Positions 35,001 to 49,000 of a stretch of 64,000 bases of DNA are shown here, piece after piece (the first letter of the stretch is position 1; every line of letters starts with the position of its first letter). The DNA comes from Neoechinorhynchus agilis. Taxonomy: Eukaryota > Animalia > Acanthocephala. The notes under the pieces were generated by a model that saw only the letters and a list, made by a program, of their open reading frames with translations, was not told the origin of the DNA and did not search any database. Position numbers and translations under genes: made by a program. The DNA is taken from assembly GCA_051530055.1 (NCBI GenBank), contig CM121342.1, forward strand, positions 9,749,480-9,813,479, written 5' to 3'.

Positions 35001-38000
35001 CCTCAGCGTACGGAGGCTGAGATGTACAAACGTTTCCGATCAGTGGATAGATTCGATACTCGTAGCACTAAAAGTGGATTGTCAAAGTCTGATGAGCGTA
35101 AGACTAGGCTTATTAGACTGTCTTCTGTTCCTCCGACTGAACCGAATCGAAAATGCACAAGAGTGGAGCCTTCGTTTGCTCCCATTGATATCATCGTTGG
35201 TAAACCGATAACTCACACGATTGTGAGAGATGAATTCACATTGAGTAAAGACCGTCGTGATTTGGTTATAGGCGAAAGTGAAGTGGAAGTCCGATTGCCA
35301 AAAGCTCGCCATGCATCAACGGTAGTGAGGCAGAAGGAGGATAAGAGCAAAATTTCATCCTACTTCGAGATGGAAGGTGAAAAATCAGTGTTAAAGGTAC
35401 ATAGCTGGTTCCTTTGAACGCGTAGATGATCTTTTAATGTTCATGAATCAGCTCATAGAAGAACCAATTGGCCAGGATGGCGAGGTTGTTTTGAATTTGC
35501 CTAAAGGTCAGCATTCGTCTACTGTAAGACGACACCAAAAGGCTAAGGACGAAGTATTCCAAATCGATCGACGGCAAAGAATTACGGGTGAAAGGGAAAT
35601 AATGCATATCGAAAAACCTATACAACTGGAAGAGGAGATAGACGTTCGATTGGAAAAAGAAAAAGGTTCACATGCTGCCACTATTTATAAAGAAATTCCC
35701 TCGAGACAAGAACGGTACCATCTTCACCCAAAACGGCCTATTCCTGGTGAACACGATGTTTATATGGTTGATGAGACTGTGAAAGCTCAGGAATCATTGG
35801 ATGTTCAACTGCCGAAGATCGAGAGGCAGGTTGCAGAACACTCGTCTACTGTTCTAAGGTCAAAGCAGGAAAAAGAACAAGTTATGACTCTTAAGAACAA
35901 ATTGGTGCTTCCGGGTGAACATTCGTATAAGCACGTTCGAGACCGTGTTCAATATTTGGAATCAGAAGATGTCGTCCTTCCGAAACAAGGACAACATTCA
36001 TCAACGGTCTACAAGCAAACTCATGGTCCTATTGAGAGCTACAATATTGGAACAGTTAGATCAGATGATGATCAACGAATATTGAAAAAGATTTCTAATA
36101 CAGAGTTGGAAGTCCGAGTACCGAAACCCGGTGATCATTCATCGACTTTGGTTTGTGATGGAACCCAGAGAGTAGATTTGGGAAAACTGCGAACGACTAG
36201 TGGAACAAGTTCAATTTTATACGTAAGTGATGAAATCGAAGATCACCGATCGACAGTTGTAATGGGAGCTGAGAAAAATCTTAGAGTAGATGTAGCACTT
36301 GAGAGTGAGTTTTCTGAATATGATGAAAACGTTGATCGTGAGTATCGGTCAAAACGTGATCATAAGACGACTTTGATGGCTGATCTTGAAGGAGACAAAG
36401 TGGAACATGTGAGACAAACATCACATTCAACCACGACTGTGAAAAATGTAGCGGAAAAAATGGATAGAATCGAAATGGTGATCGATAGACCGCTTGATAC
36501 ATCCGAGGTCACAGCAAGAATTGAAGCTCAGACAGAACCTCAGACAATTCATTTGCCTGCAGCTCAATTGTATGAACAACGTCAGCACCAAAGAGCTCAA
36601 AGTGAAGTTGTAGCCAGAGTTGGAGCGAGATATCAGATCATGAGTGAGGCTCAAGCTCAGGAACAATCGAGTATCTCAATTGAACCAATAAAAAGACGAG
36701 AGGAAACGATTGATTTAAGAATGGGAAGTAGTACCACTCAAATTGTAGCGAACGTGAAACCGCGACTGCAGTTGTTGCATGATAAAATTGAAAGTGTAGG
36801 ATCATCGAGTGTTCAAATGGATATGGCAGAGATCAGTAAAGCCAGTGTAAACGTACTCATGCCTCAAGTTGAACTTCAACCTTCATCAAGTGGAGTTGTG
36901 GTTGATCTCTGTGGAGCGCTTAGTGGCCCTTCGACAGCAGTCAAAGGCGCGGAGCAATTCTCTTCAGAACTCATCTTAGGTCCTAAGCGACCTCCGTCTA
37001 CGAACGCAGTTGAGTTAGTCGTTGATGAGCCTGCTGTGGAAACCAGTAGTTCAAGAGTGGTCGCTAATCTTTCTTCAAGTTTGACTCGACAAAGTTCGGT
37101 TGGAATGCAGCATGTTCCAGCTGAGATAAGCACTTCCACTTTTGTGATGGATTTAACATCTCGCGTAGCTCGAAAAGACGTTAATGTCAATCTCGGCGAG
37201 ATTTATGTCGACGAGAGTTCAAGTGGCATCACTGCTGATATAGACACTTCGTTGAGCGTTCTTGATCGTACTCAATATATGACACAACAAAAGAATACCT
37301 CAAGTGTGGAACTGCCTCTTACGGATAGACGACCTTCAGTCGCTTCTGAAGTAGATGTGAGAATGAAGACGGACATTCGAGGCCGTACAGAAGTTTTGGC
37401 TAATCTTCCTGATAAAGTTCAGAACATTAAACCGTTCCGACGCCCTATGAGTTCAAGTAAATTCGAGATGATAGGACATCGACCGGTTGAAGCAAGTGTT
37501 AGAATTCCAAAGGAAGATATGAACGTTAGTCAATTTAGAGCTCAATTGAATGAACATGGTAGCAGTGAAATTCAACTCAGAGATTTTGGACATCAACAAC
37601 CTGAAGTCGAAGTTGTTCTTCATCCACCTATTCACAGTGAACAAAGTAGCACTCTTAGTGATTATCGGAAATACGAAGCAAGTGAAGGAAGTGCTACGAT
37701 TATTAAACAGATTGGTAGTTTAAGTCCGGAAAGATATTATGTGGGTGCAAGACCAGAGCAAAACACATCGACCGTCTATATAGAAATGAACGAACACAAC
37801 AGATTCCAAGAACGGTTTAATAAAGATAATCGAAGATTCGATTTTGAAGAAGGGGGTCCAATCCATCTGATCGTAGACGCAATTGATGTGGCCAATGCAA
37901 GATGGACGAAAGACGGTGTAGTGCTCGGAGATCGATATTCTACATTCATTACCGATCGATCGGTGGAACTTTATGTTGCTGATAGTCGACATACAGATTC

Positions 38001-41000
38001 TGGAATATACGAATGTAGCGCTACCGATAAACACAATCGAGTCACTTCTCATTTGTTCATTGTAAATGTGAAATCAGTGAGTGAGAAATCCGAGTTCCAA
38101 GTGTTCAATAATCGATCAGATGAATCGAGTATTGTACGAAAGAGAATGGCTCCACTTGAAGATGAACTCTGTTTTGTTCAAGAACTTCCAAGTCAATTAG
38201 TCTGCGAAGTGGGTGAACAATTGCGACTGATCACACGAATCAAAGGGAACGCTATAAAAACCTCTTGGTTCCACAATGAAGTCCTTATAAAAGAAAACTT
38301 GTTGGAAACTTCACAGCCGAATCACATTTACGATCACAGTATGGTCGTTCCATGTATTGATAAGCGATATGAAGGAATATACACAGTCAAAGTAGTAGGA
38401 CCATTTACTTCCATCGAGAGCTACTGTCGAGTCACTGTAAACGGTTGGTGATTTCGCGCTTCTTCGATAGTTTAGGATTCGGGCATAATCTTGAATCTTG
38501 GTTACATATTTTAAATCCCATTTTTTTAAGGTTGTGAATGCTTTGGTTCTGGCTTCTTTTCCAAAAACTTTAGGATTAGCGGCTTGTATGAATTGCATAT
38601 ATCTTTGAAAAGCGATTATGAAAAGAAATCTATAATTTACAATGTTATTTCTCTGGTTGATTCCTTCTTTGTTTATTATCAAAAGAAAATCTTTCGTCCT
38701 TAGGAAGCATCCATATAAATGCACCGGTTATACTCTACGGTCCGATGACTTAATTTTTTCGCTAGATTTTCGTACGACAAATTCTCGGAAACAGTAGTCA
38801 TTTCTTAAATGTAAAATGCAATTTATATGTGTATTTTTTAGATTTTTCCAATAAAACCAATTAGTTAAGACATTTCATTTGTCAACCATAACAAAAGACA
38901 TTAAATTTTAAGTTCATCGTAAAAAATATGAACTAACCATTTTTGTGTTGAGCTTTCAAAATCTAATGTGATTAATTTTATTTAATATCCTAATTTTAAA
39001 CATCAAATTTATTGTACAAATATAAGTTGAATTTTGACCATTGTTGTTTTAGGTAATCATCAGTTGAACACACTGCCTTCACAAATCTCAGAAACATTCC
39101 AAAAGCCATTGACAGTAAGTTAAACCATTTTCCTGCAAAGAAATCAAATCGTTATTTAAAAAAGCAGACATTTCACCAGGACGTTACTCGGTACGCTGAA
39201 CAATCCGTTCCGAGTAACTTGATTGAGATAACGACAACCAAACGTCGCAAACCTGAAACTACTATCAAAGTTCGCGAAGGTGATTGCAACGAATGTGTAT
39301 TTGTGATCAGTGAGACGGACGATGGAGAGTACGTCGTGACCGAGACGACCGATGATGAACACGATCACCGTTGAAGATTAAATCACACAAAAATCTTTTA
39401 CTAAACCAATAGAAATCAATTGTCTTTTCTGGTGAAATTGTAGAACTAAAGCCGAATTAATTTTGAAAAAACAAAGAATTAAATCGTCGATTCCATGTTT
39501 TCAGATCATTTAATGAGCTGGCAAGGCCCAGGATGGACACAATATTCCAATACCCTTGCTGCACCGCCAATATCCATTGTTGTACCATTGATCGATACAA
39601 CGTGCCAAGAAGGTGATCCTGCGATTCTCGCATGCAAAATCCGAGCATCCGGTTCGTTCACAGTTAGTGCATTGATTGATCGGTTATTGGCGTAAAACGC
39701 AGTAATGTTTAGGTCCGATGGTACAAAGACAACCATGAATGCATAGATGATAATCGTTATGTGAAATCGATTGATAGTGATGGATACGTTCGACTTAAAA
39801 TTTCTCGAAGTTCATATATTGATTCCGGACTATATATGGTCGCCATTATCTGCAATCAAACAGAAGTTTCAAGTCAGTGTAGAGTAAAGATAAACACGAG
39901 CGGGATTGACCGAAGGAAATTTACATCTAATGTGGCAAAACAAGAATTTGCAGCACCCACAATAACCAAAGAACTTTTAAGCACTCAAGTTAAAGTCGGT
40001 GAAACGTGTAAAACAGCGTTTCTTGTTTTGACTGTCTAATAGAGAAACTCTGTGGTAGACTCAAGTGCAGGGTGTACGGTCATCCAATTCCTAAGGTATA
40101 CTTTTACTAAGAAATTGAAGTGATTTTAATATTGAAACCGTTTGAAATAGATGAAAATCGAGTTTTATTCAAAGAATTTCATTCTAGGTCAAATGGTTCA
40201 AAGGAATATTTCAACTATATCCGAGCACAAGGGTTAACATGCAGTTCGACTTTAATGGATATGCTTCGCTCATAATAAGAAATGTTGAACCTGAAGATGG
40301 TGGTCAATATGTAGCTTTGTTTGAGAACTCCGTTGGGTCGGTTACGACATCCTCAACGATCACCGTTGTTCCACTCACTTCGGAGAGTTTTTCCGAATGG
40401 AATACAAGTGCTGCAGTTAGTGGTCCACCAGTCATCGTCAATCCTCCAAAGAGTATTTCAGTCGCAGAAGGACAAACCGTAATTCTAGAATGCGAGGTAT
40501 CTTCGGCGGATAGGTCAAAAGTAACGTGGCTTCACAACAACGGTCAATTGATGACATCAGAAAGGTATAAATCCTATTTTGACGGTCGTAAAGCTGATCT
40601 CCGAATCTATAATGCGTCTGAAATCGATAAAGGCATTTACACCGTCATCGTAGAAAATAGAAGAGGTTCATCGACCTTTTCTGTTTCAGTGGACGTTATC
40701 GATAGTTCTGGTGGTTACTATCCAGTTTACGATATACCAGAGCGACTCATCACTGATCATCGTCTTCCTCTTCAACCATCGACTCTAGATTTTAAAAAGG
40801 ATGCACATGGTGAAATAGACGATAGCTCAATATTTGATCCTGAACTCTTTAAACATCTCGACAAACGAAACATATCAAAAGACGATCAATATGAGGCGGG
40901 TATTGACACGACTCCTTTGAAATCATGTGACAAAATTGCTGAATTAGAGGCAAAGCGACAACTTGGAGTTCAGAAAAAAGACCTTGAATCAGTAGTCGAG

Positions 41001-42408
41001 CAGAACACGACTAGAAATCTACTTCACATTCAGGAGTTGGAGAAACGGAATCGAGAAAAGTATCAGAAGCGGGATACTCTTGCGGAAAACGAAATCGACA
41101 CAAAACCACTGCGCGATCCGGCAGCATTCAGATTTCTTGAAGCTGAGAAAATTAAAAAGGAATATAGTGGTCCTCCAGTTGACTCAAATCCGATTGTTGA
41201 TCCAATGGCATTTTATTTCTTAGAACTCGGAAACACACAAAAAGTTAAGGATATTCAATCAGGAGTAGACGATTCACCTATAGTTGACCCGAGTGCGTTT
41301 CGATATGTGGAACCGCAATACACAAATCGAACATCACATGGAACATCGGAAGTAGATACAAGTTCAATAATCTCACCTTCAGCATTTAATCATTTAAACC
41401 GACCACCGACGCCAAAACTGGAATTATTGGAAAGCACCGTTGACAATGAACCGATAATATGTTTGGACGCGTTAAGATGGGCGATTTTAGTGCTTCTTTT
41501 TGAATTTCAGGGGTGTTAAAGAAACTGAGATTGTCCAACACAAAATACATTGAGCGTCCTGAACCAAGAAAGCTGCGATCCAATAGCCCTACAATTGACA
41601 CGAGTCCTTATGTTGACTTGCGTCCTTTCAAGTATCTTGAGACGAGTGAAGATAGACGAGAAGACGTAGAGCCAGGCGTAGACGAAACTGCCTACATCCC
41701 AATGGATGCTTTTAAATACGTGGAAGCTGAAGCTGCCAAAGAAAAAGACTTTAGTGGTCCGGCTATTGATACTACTCCGATGATAGACAGTGAGGCATTT
41801 CGTGCTCTTGAACAAAAGAATATTCCAAACGATATTTACAGCGGTCCTGCGATTGATGATAGTTCGTTTATTGATCCAAGTGTTTTCAGAGATCTTGAAA
41901 ATTCAAAAATACAAACGATCGATATTGCGGATGACGGCGATGAAGGATTTTCGCCGAGAATAGAAGGCAGCCTAGGTTTGTGGTGTAGATTCAAAAAAAT
42001 ACCCGAAGATATCCATCCTTTTTTAAAAAAGGCGATGTAAATGTGTTTGAAGGCCAAAAAGCTGTTTTCAGTGTTGCCGTTGTCGCCGTACCATATCCGG
42101 ATGTAAGCTGTACCTTCCACGAGTTCAATCGATTTTTTCTGTACTTTTAGATAAAATGGCAGCACAATGGTAAACCGTTGTCGCCATCGAGTAGGATAAT
42201 TTCGAATTACAATATCGCAAATCGGATCGCTACATTAAGCGTTTCACAGTGTACCGTTGATGATTCCGGTCTATATGAATTAGTGGCAACCAACAAAAAT
42301 GGAAGTCTGTCAGCATATGGACGACTAATAGTCCACGAGGATTCTAAAATCGATGAGACGGGATTCGTACCGTTGGATCGTTTCCGGTCAATTGAGATCA
42401 ATTCTTAA
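32083..42408 (+). CDS. Large titin/kettin-like multi-Ig (I-set) muscle protein with long non-Ig repeat regions; multi-exon, start uncertain
   Basis: Many I-set domains (EDSGDYEV, SDSGFYTV, NDTGVYSVTAVNNAGE, DSGIYECSA, EDGGQYVA, DKGIYTVIVEN, DDSGLYELVATN) with P-x-F starts and W-x-x-N/K motifs, in successive + strand exons split by short introns. Confidence 0.8.
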
Positions 42409-43573
42409 GTTTTATCTTTTGTGGATTCAGTAGATTACTAGCAACGCAAGTCCAAGAAGGTTTTAGAGCTGGATTTGCTGAATAAAGAGTTTGTCGAATT
42501 ATGAGACGGCAGAGGCACAGAATGAAATTTCTTAGTGTTCTACGCTTTACTAACCTCTTTTTTAGGATTCCAAACTAGTTTTAAATGCACCTTTAATGTT
42601 GACGTTGATGAGAAAATCTGTAATACAAAGAATGTTTTTTAGTTGAACTTTTTGAGGAATAATCACTCTGAGAGCCCAACATTTGTGTTACATTTGATTC
42701 AAATGAATTTATTTTGAAATCTTCGACATTTCCTTCTACATTTATTCTTTTATGACTTTATTTAGTCTATTTGAAGAGCAAAAATGGGTTCGAATTCGAA
42801 AATCAAGCAACTGCAAGCCGTTAATTTCTATATTCAACAAATCATTGACATCCGTAGAAACCTTCTTTGTTTAAACAAGAGTCGAAAAAGTTAGAAGATT
42901 TGTGGGTGAAACAATACCCGACGAGGCACGCGTTGCCACATTAATAATAATTAATTATAAAAATTAATGCTATAATATTTTTTTGAATAGATTAAAGTCA
43001 GTGTTTAACGTTTTCAAGAAATATTCGTAATAAAAATTTACCTTAAAATATATTCCATTGTTTAAATTAAGAAAATGATCAAAATATAACACGTTTCAGT
43101 GCAAAAGTCGTTAATAAGACAAAACAATCGTTTTAGTCTACTTGAACCAAGCTTAGCACCAATTTTAATAAAAAGAAAATTGAACGTTGCTAATACAATA
43201 AACAAGTATAATTGGTAAACAAAAGACAACATCTAAAAGAGTAAAATCTTACATTGCACGAATACGTATTTAAAAAAGCAGTGTTTAGACGAAGAAATTG
43301 AGGTGATTTTATTTTAAATCCGATATTTTTAAAATAAAATCATTTCAATTCCTAAGCGCCATAAAACAACCAATATGAACAGTTCAAACTTCAAACAATT
43401 TAGTAAGTGCAAGGATGTCCATCCAAAAACGAAGACTAATAAAGAGAATTATGAATAATTTAATATCAGATTAAAAAATTGAAAGTATTAAAAAAAGGTA
43501 ATAGTTGGCTTTGGCATCGTTAAGATCTTGCGCACGTTATAATATAGCCACACATTTAACCAAATTTTAATAT

Positions 43574-45907
43574 TTAATTGATAACAAGTTTCTTAGGAAC
43601 TTCCCAAGGAAACTCATACCGCCCAAAATGTCCATAACAACTTGTACGATGGTAGATGGGCGCCCTCAGTCCGAGGTTCTTTATTATCATCCCTGGTCTA
43701 AGATCAAAATTATTTTGAACGATCTTCAACAATTCAGACTCTGATCTAGTCGATGTTCCATATGAGAAAAGAGTGACTGAAAGGGGATCAACAACTCCGA
43801 TTGCATACGAGAGTTGAACTAAACAACGCCGACATAATCCTGCTTTAACCAACGATTTAGCTACCCAGCGAGCGGCATAAGCTGCACTTCTATCCACTTT
43901 TGTAGGATCCTTCCCTGAGAAAGCTCCACCTCCATGAGCACCCCATCCTCCATAAGTATCTACAATAATCTTCCTTCCAGTAAGTCCAGCATCACCCATT
44001 GGACCACCAACTATGAATTTCCCACTTGGATTCAAATGATAAATTGTATTGTCGTCCAGGAACTTTTGAGGAATTACAGCTTTGACTACTTTTGTCATAA
44101 GGTCTTCTTTGATTGCTTCAAGACTGACTTCAGGGGAGTGTTGAACACTTATAACCACTGTATGAACACGCTGAGGAACGCATGCTCCATTATGAGATTC
44201 GTACTGGATGGTAACTTGAGTTTTGGAGTCGGGACGTGCCCAAGACAATTCCCTGGATCGACGCAGATCTGCGATCTTTTGGTTTACTTTAATGAGCTTC
44301 ATCTTTAACGATCTTGAATTTAGAAAAAAAAACATCAGAGCTTGAAAATCTGCATAGAGGTAGGCTAATAAATTGAGCCGGACAACAATAGAAATTTTGA
44401 TCCTAGACTTTAATTGTCCCTAGAGTTTTGTTAATTTGTGGTTACACTTAACCATCTAGTGACTGTAAAATACCAACAATTGTAAATTCTTCACACTTTA
44501 AGTATCCTTCCAGCAATGAAAAGTGACACTCAAATGTTTTATTTTAGAGAATCTAAAGCACCTTAGTTATCTATGCGACGAATTTTCAAACAAAATCTTA
44601 GTCTTAAATTTTACAATTTTGCGAAAAACCTTCGTCGCACAAAATCCGTTAAAACGAAGAAACTGCATTTCGATGTCCCAATCAAATGTCCGCAACATAC
44701 CAGTAATCGCAACTTTCACAAATTCAATCTCAATTTAAGACCTCAAAGCCAAACTAAAAAACCGAAGCACATTAGTGTGAGTTTTTCTAGCAATTTGAAA
44801 GCAATATCAGCAAACTCTCGGTCTTAAATTTCAAAACCATTGACTAAAAACGTCGTGGCTTTCGTTTCGGTACCTCGATTGACTGTCTTCAATAAATATA
44901 CTAAAAATAAAGATCGCCTAATTTGATTTCATGACGTTTCTTTAAATGATCATTGATAAACCCAGTATTAAAATTTATAGTTTTTTTTAGAAAATATCAA
45001 CAACGAACAATATCGATTTAAAAATCTTTAATAATAAAAGAGCTTCATTCTACGGCTAAAATACAAAAGTTAAAACAATTTAGATTCATTAATACCTTTT
45101 TAAAATCGGACGAAATATTGTGTGAAAGGAAATCAATAAAATTAATTTTTATATCACTAAATAAAATATATATCAATGAAAACCGGAAAGCGGTCATTGA
45201 ACGTTTTGTATTTTATATTATGATCAAAAAATAGTATTCGTCAAAAAAATTATTGTATATTTTTCTGCTAACAACCTCCGAAGAAATATTGTGTGAAAGG
45301 AAATTAATTTTTAAATCACGAAATAAAATATATATGTGAGAAAACTGGTGGATTAAGATCAATTTCAATTCTGAGTCTCTAAAATCGTTCCCGGGAAACT
45401 TCTAAAGCATCATTAGTATAACTTATGAGCTAGGAAAAGCGTCAGGGGCATACATTCTTCGGTTTCATCGGTTGCATAACCGAACATGAGGCCTTGATCA
45501 CCAGCTCCGATTTCTTCATCAGTTTTGTTCATATGAACAGCTTGAGCAATATCAGGACTCTGTTGTTCAACGTTCACAATAACGGCCATTGTCTTGTAAT
45601 CGAAGCCTTTATCTGAACTATCGAATCCAATTCTCCGGACAGTATCCCGGATCACCTTCGGGTAATCGATACGAGCATTAGACATCACTTCCCCGGTTAC
45701 AAGAATCATCCCAGTCTTTGTTAAAGTCTCACAAGCGACTTTAGCAAACGGATCCTGTTCTAAATGAGCATCCAATATGGCATCACTTACCTGGTCACAG
45801 ATTTTATCCGGATGACCTTCACCAACGGATTCAGAAGTGAACAAAAAACGATTCACAGTCGAAGATCTATCGAACTCAGGAAACTCACATTGGGCCGACG
45901 TCGACAT
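43574..45907 (-). CDS. MAT: S-adenosylmethionine synthetase, two coding blocks (45907 to about 45421; about 44290 to 43574)
   Basis: [82 protein letters not shown]. Confidence 0.96.
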
Positions 45908-46059
45908 TTCTCGAACTGTTTCACACCAAAAAATGTCAAAAGAAACCAATTTCGCACGAAAGAAGTAGACTTCAAAGACTTTCATTGAATCAGTTTTCTA
46001 AATAAAAATTCAATCGCGAGCGCTCATTTGAGATTTGCTTGAACTCGTTATTCGGCGGA

Positions 46060-49000
46060 ATAAATGAGAAACGGTTTAAAGGTTCGCTCGAGCCCCATTT
46101 TCGTGTGGAATTTTATTAATCTGAAAAGATTCAGGAGCTGTTTTTCGACTTGAAAGCTTCGTTGAAATTTCTGCAGTTTTGGAAATTTGTGTGAAAATAA
46201 ATAACACGAAATGAGAAATGGTTTAAAAGTTCGCTCGATTCGAATTTTAGCATGGAATTTTCATAATCTGAAAAAAGATTAAGAAGCTCTTTTTCGACTT
46301 GAAACCTTCGTTGGAAATTTTTGCAGTTTTGGAAATTTGTGTGAAAATAAATAACAAGAAATGCGAAACGGTTTAAAAGTTCGCTCGATTCGAATTTTAG
46401 CATGGAATTTTCATAATCTGAAAAAAGATTAAGAAGCTGTTTTTCGACTTGAAAGCTTCGTTGGAAATTTCTGCAGTTTTGGAAATTTGTGTGAAAATAA
46501 ATAACAAGAAATGCGAAACGATTTAAACGTTCGCTCGATCCCAATTTTAGCATGGAATTTTCATAATCTGAAAAAGATTAAGAAGCTGTTTTTCGACTTG
46601 AAAGCTTCGTTGGAAATTTCTGAAGTTTTGGAAATTTGTGTGAAAATAAATAACACGAAATGAGAAACGGTTTAAAGGTTCGCTCGAGCCGCATTTTAGC
46701 ATCGAATCTTCATAATCTAAAAAAGATTCAGAAGCTCTTTCCGGTTTGAACAGGTCGAGATTTTGGCAGTTTTGGGTGTGAAAATAATAGAAATGCGAAA
46801 CGGTTTAAAGTTCGCTCATTCGAATTTAGCATGGAATTTTCATAATCTGAAAAAAATCAAGACTCTTTTTCGATGAAAACTGAAATCTGCAGTTTTAATT
46901 TTGTGAAATAAATAACAAAAGCGAAACGTTTAAAGTTCGCTCGATCCCTTTTGCATGGATTTTCTAATCAAAAAAGATTGAAGCTCTTTCCGGTTTGAAA
47001 GCTTCGTTGGAAATTTCTGCAGTTTTGGAAATTTGTGTGAAAATAAATACAAAAAATGCGAAACGGTTTAAAAGTTCGCTCGATTCGAATTTTAGCATGG
47101 AATTTTCATAATCTGAAAAAAAATTCAGAAGCTCTTTTTCGATTTGAAAATCTTCGTTGGAAATTTCTGCAGTTTTGGAAATTTGTGTGAAAATAAATAA
47201 CAAGAAATGCGAAACGATTTAAACGTTCGCTCGATCCGCATTTTAGCATGGAATTTTCATAATCTGAAAAAAGATTAAGAAGCTCTTTTTCGACTTGAAA
47301 GCTTCGTTGGAAATTTCTGCAGTTTTGGAAATTTGTGTGAAAATAAATAACAAGAAATGCGAAACGATTTAAAAGTTCGCTCGATTCGAATTTTAGCATG
47401 GAATTTTCATAATCTGAAAAAAGATTAAGAAGCTGCTTTTCGACTTGAAAGCTTCGTTGGAAATTTCTGCAGTTTGGGGTATTTGTGTGAAAATAAATAA
47501 CAAAAAATGCGAAACGATTTAAAGGTTCGCTCGATCCCTATTTTCGCATGGAATTTCGATAAAATGAAAAAGATTCAGAAGCTGTTTTTCGACTTGAAAG
47601 CTTCGTTGGAAATTTCTGAAGTTTTGGAAATTTGTGTGAAAATAAATAACACGAAATGAGAAATGGTTTAAAGGTTCGCTCGAGCCGCATTTTAGCATCG
47701 AATCTTCATAATCTAAAAAAGATTCAGAAGCTCTTTTCCGGTTTGAACACCTTAGGTCGAAATTTTGGCAGTTTTGGAAATTTGTGTGAAAATAAATAAC
47801 AAGAAATGCGAAACGGTTTAAAAGTTCGCTCGATTCGAATTTTAGCATGGAATTTTCATAATCTGAAAAAAATCCAGGAGCTCTTTTTCGATTCGAAAAT
47901 ATTCACTGGAAATCTCTGCAGTTTTTCATATTTTTGTGGAAATAAATAACAAGAAATGCGAAACGGTTTAAAAGTTCGCTCGATTCGAATTTTAGCATGG
48001 AATTTTCATAATCTGAAAAAAGATTCAGAAGCTGCTTTTCGACTTGAAAGCTTCGTTGGAAATTTCTTGAGTTTTGGAAATTTTCGTAAAAATAACAAGA
48101 AATGAGAAACGGTTTAAAGGTTCGCTCGATACGCATTTTTGCATGGAATTTTGATAAAATGAAAAAGATTCAGAAGCTGTTAATCTAAAAAAGATTCAGA
48201 AGCTCTTTTCCGGTTTGAAAACCTTCGGTGGAAATTTTAGCAGTTTTGGAAATTTGTGTGAAAATAAATAACAAGAAATGCGAAACGGTTTAAAAGTTCG
48301 CTCGATTCGAATTTTAGCATGGAATTTTCATAATCTGAAAAAAGATTAAGAAGCTGTTTTTCGACTTGAAAGCTTCGTTGGAAATTTTAGCAGTTTTGGA
48401 AATTTGTGTGAAAATAAATAACAAGAAATGCGAAACGGTTTAAAAGTTCGCTCGATTCGAATTTTAGCATGGAATTTTCATAATCTGAAAAAAGATTAAG
48501 AAGCTGTTTTTCGACTTGAAAGCTTCGTTGGAAATTTCTGCAGTTTGGGGTATTTGTGTGAAAATAAATAACAAAAATGCGAAACGATTTAAAGGTTCGC
48601 TCGATCCGAATTTTAGCATGGAATTTTCATAATCTGAAAAAAGATTAAGAAGCTGTTTTTCGACTTGAAAGCTTCGTTGGAAATTTCTGAAGTTTTGGAA
48701 ATTTGTGTGAAAATAAATAACACGAAATGAGAAATGGTTTAAAGGTTCGCTCGAGCCGCATTTTAGCATCGAATCTTCATAATCTAAAAAAGATTCAGAA
48801 GCTCTTTTCCGGTTTGAACACCTTAGGTCGAAATTTTGGCAGTTTTGGAAATTTGTGTGAAAATAAATAACAAGAAATGCGAAACGGTTTAAAAGTTCGC
48901 TCGATTCGAATTTTAGCATGGAATTTTCATAATCTGAAAAAAAATCCAGGAGCTCTTTTTCGATTCGAAAATATTCACTGGAAATCTCTGCAGTTTTTCA

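Noticed and set aside
42135-42143. METTL16-type UACAGAAAA motif on the MAT strand
   Set aside because: It lies 1.4 kb past the MAT stop inside an intron of the opposite-strand gene, with no hairpin seen. It is probably chance.
46750-47000. Locally eroded satellite monomers
   Set aside because: Many scattered 1-2 nt deletions look like low-quality long-read consensus rather than biology.
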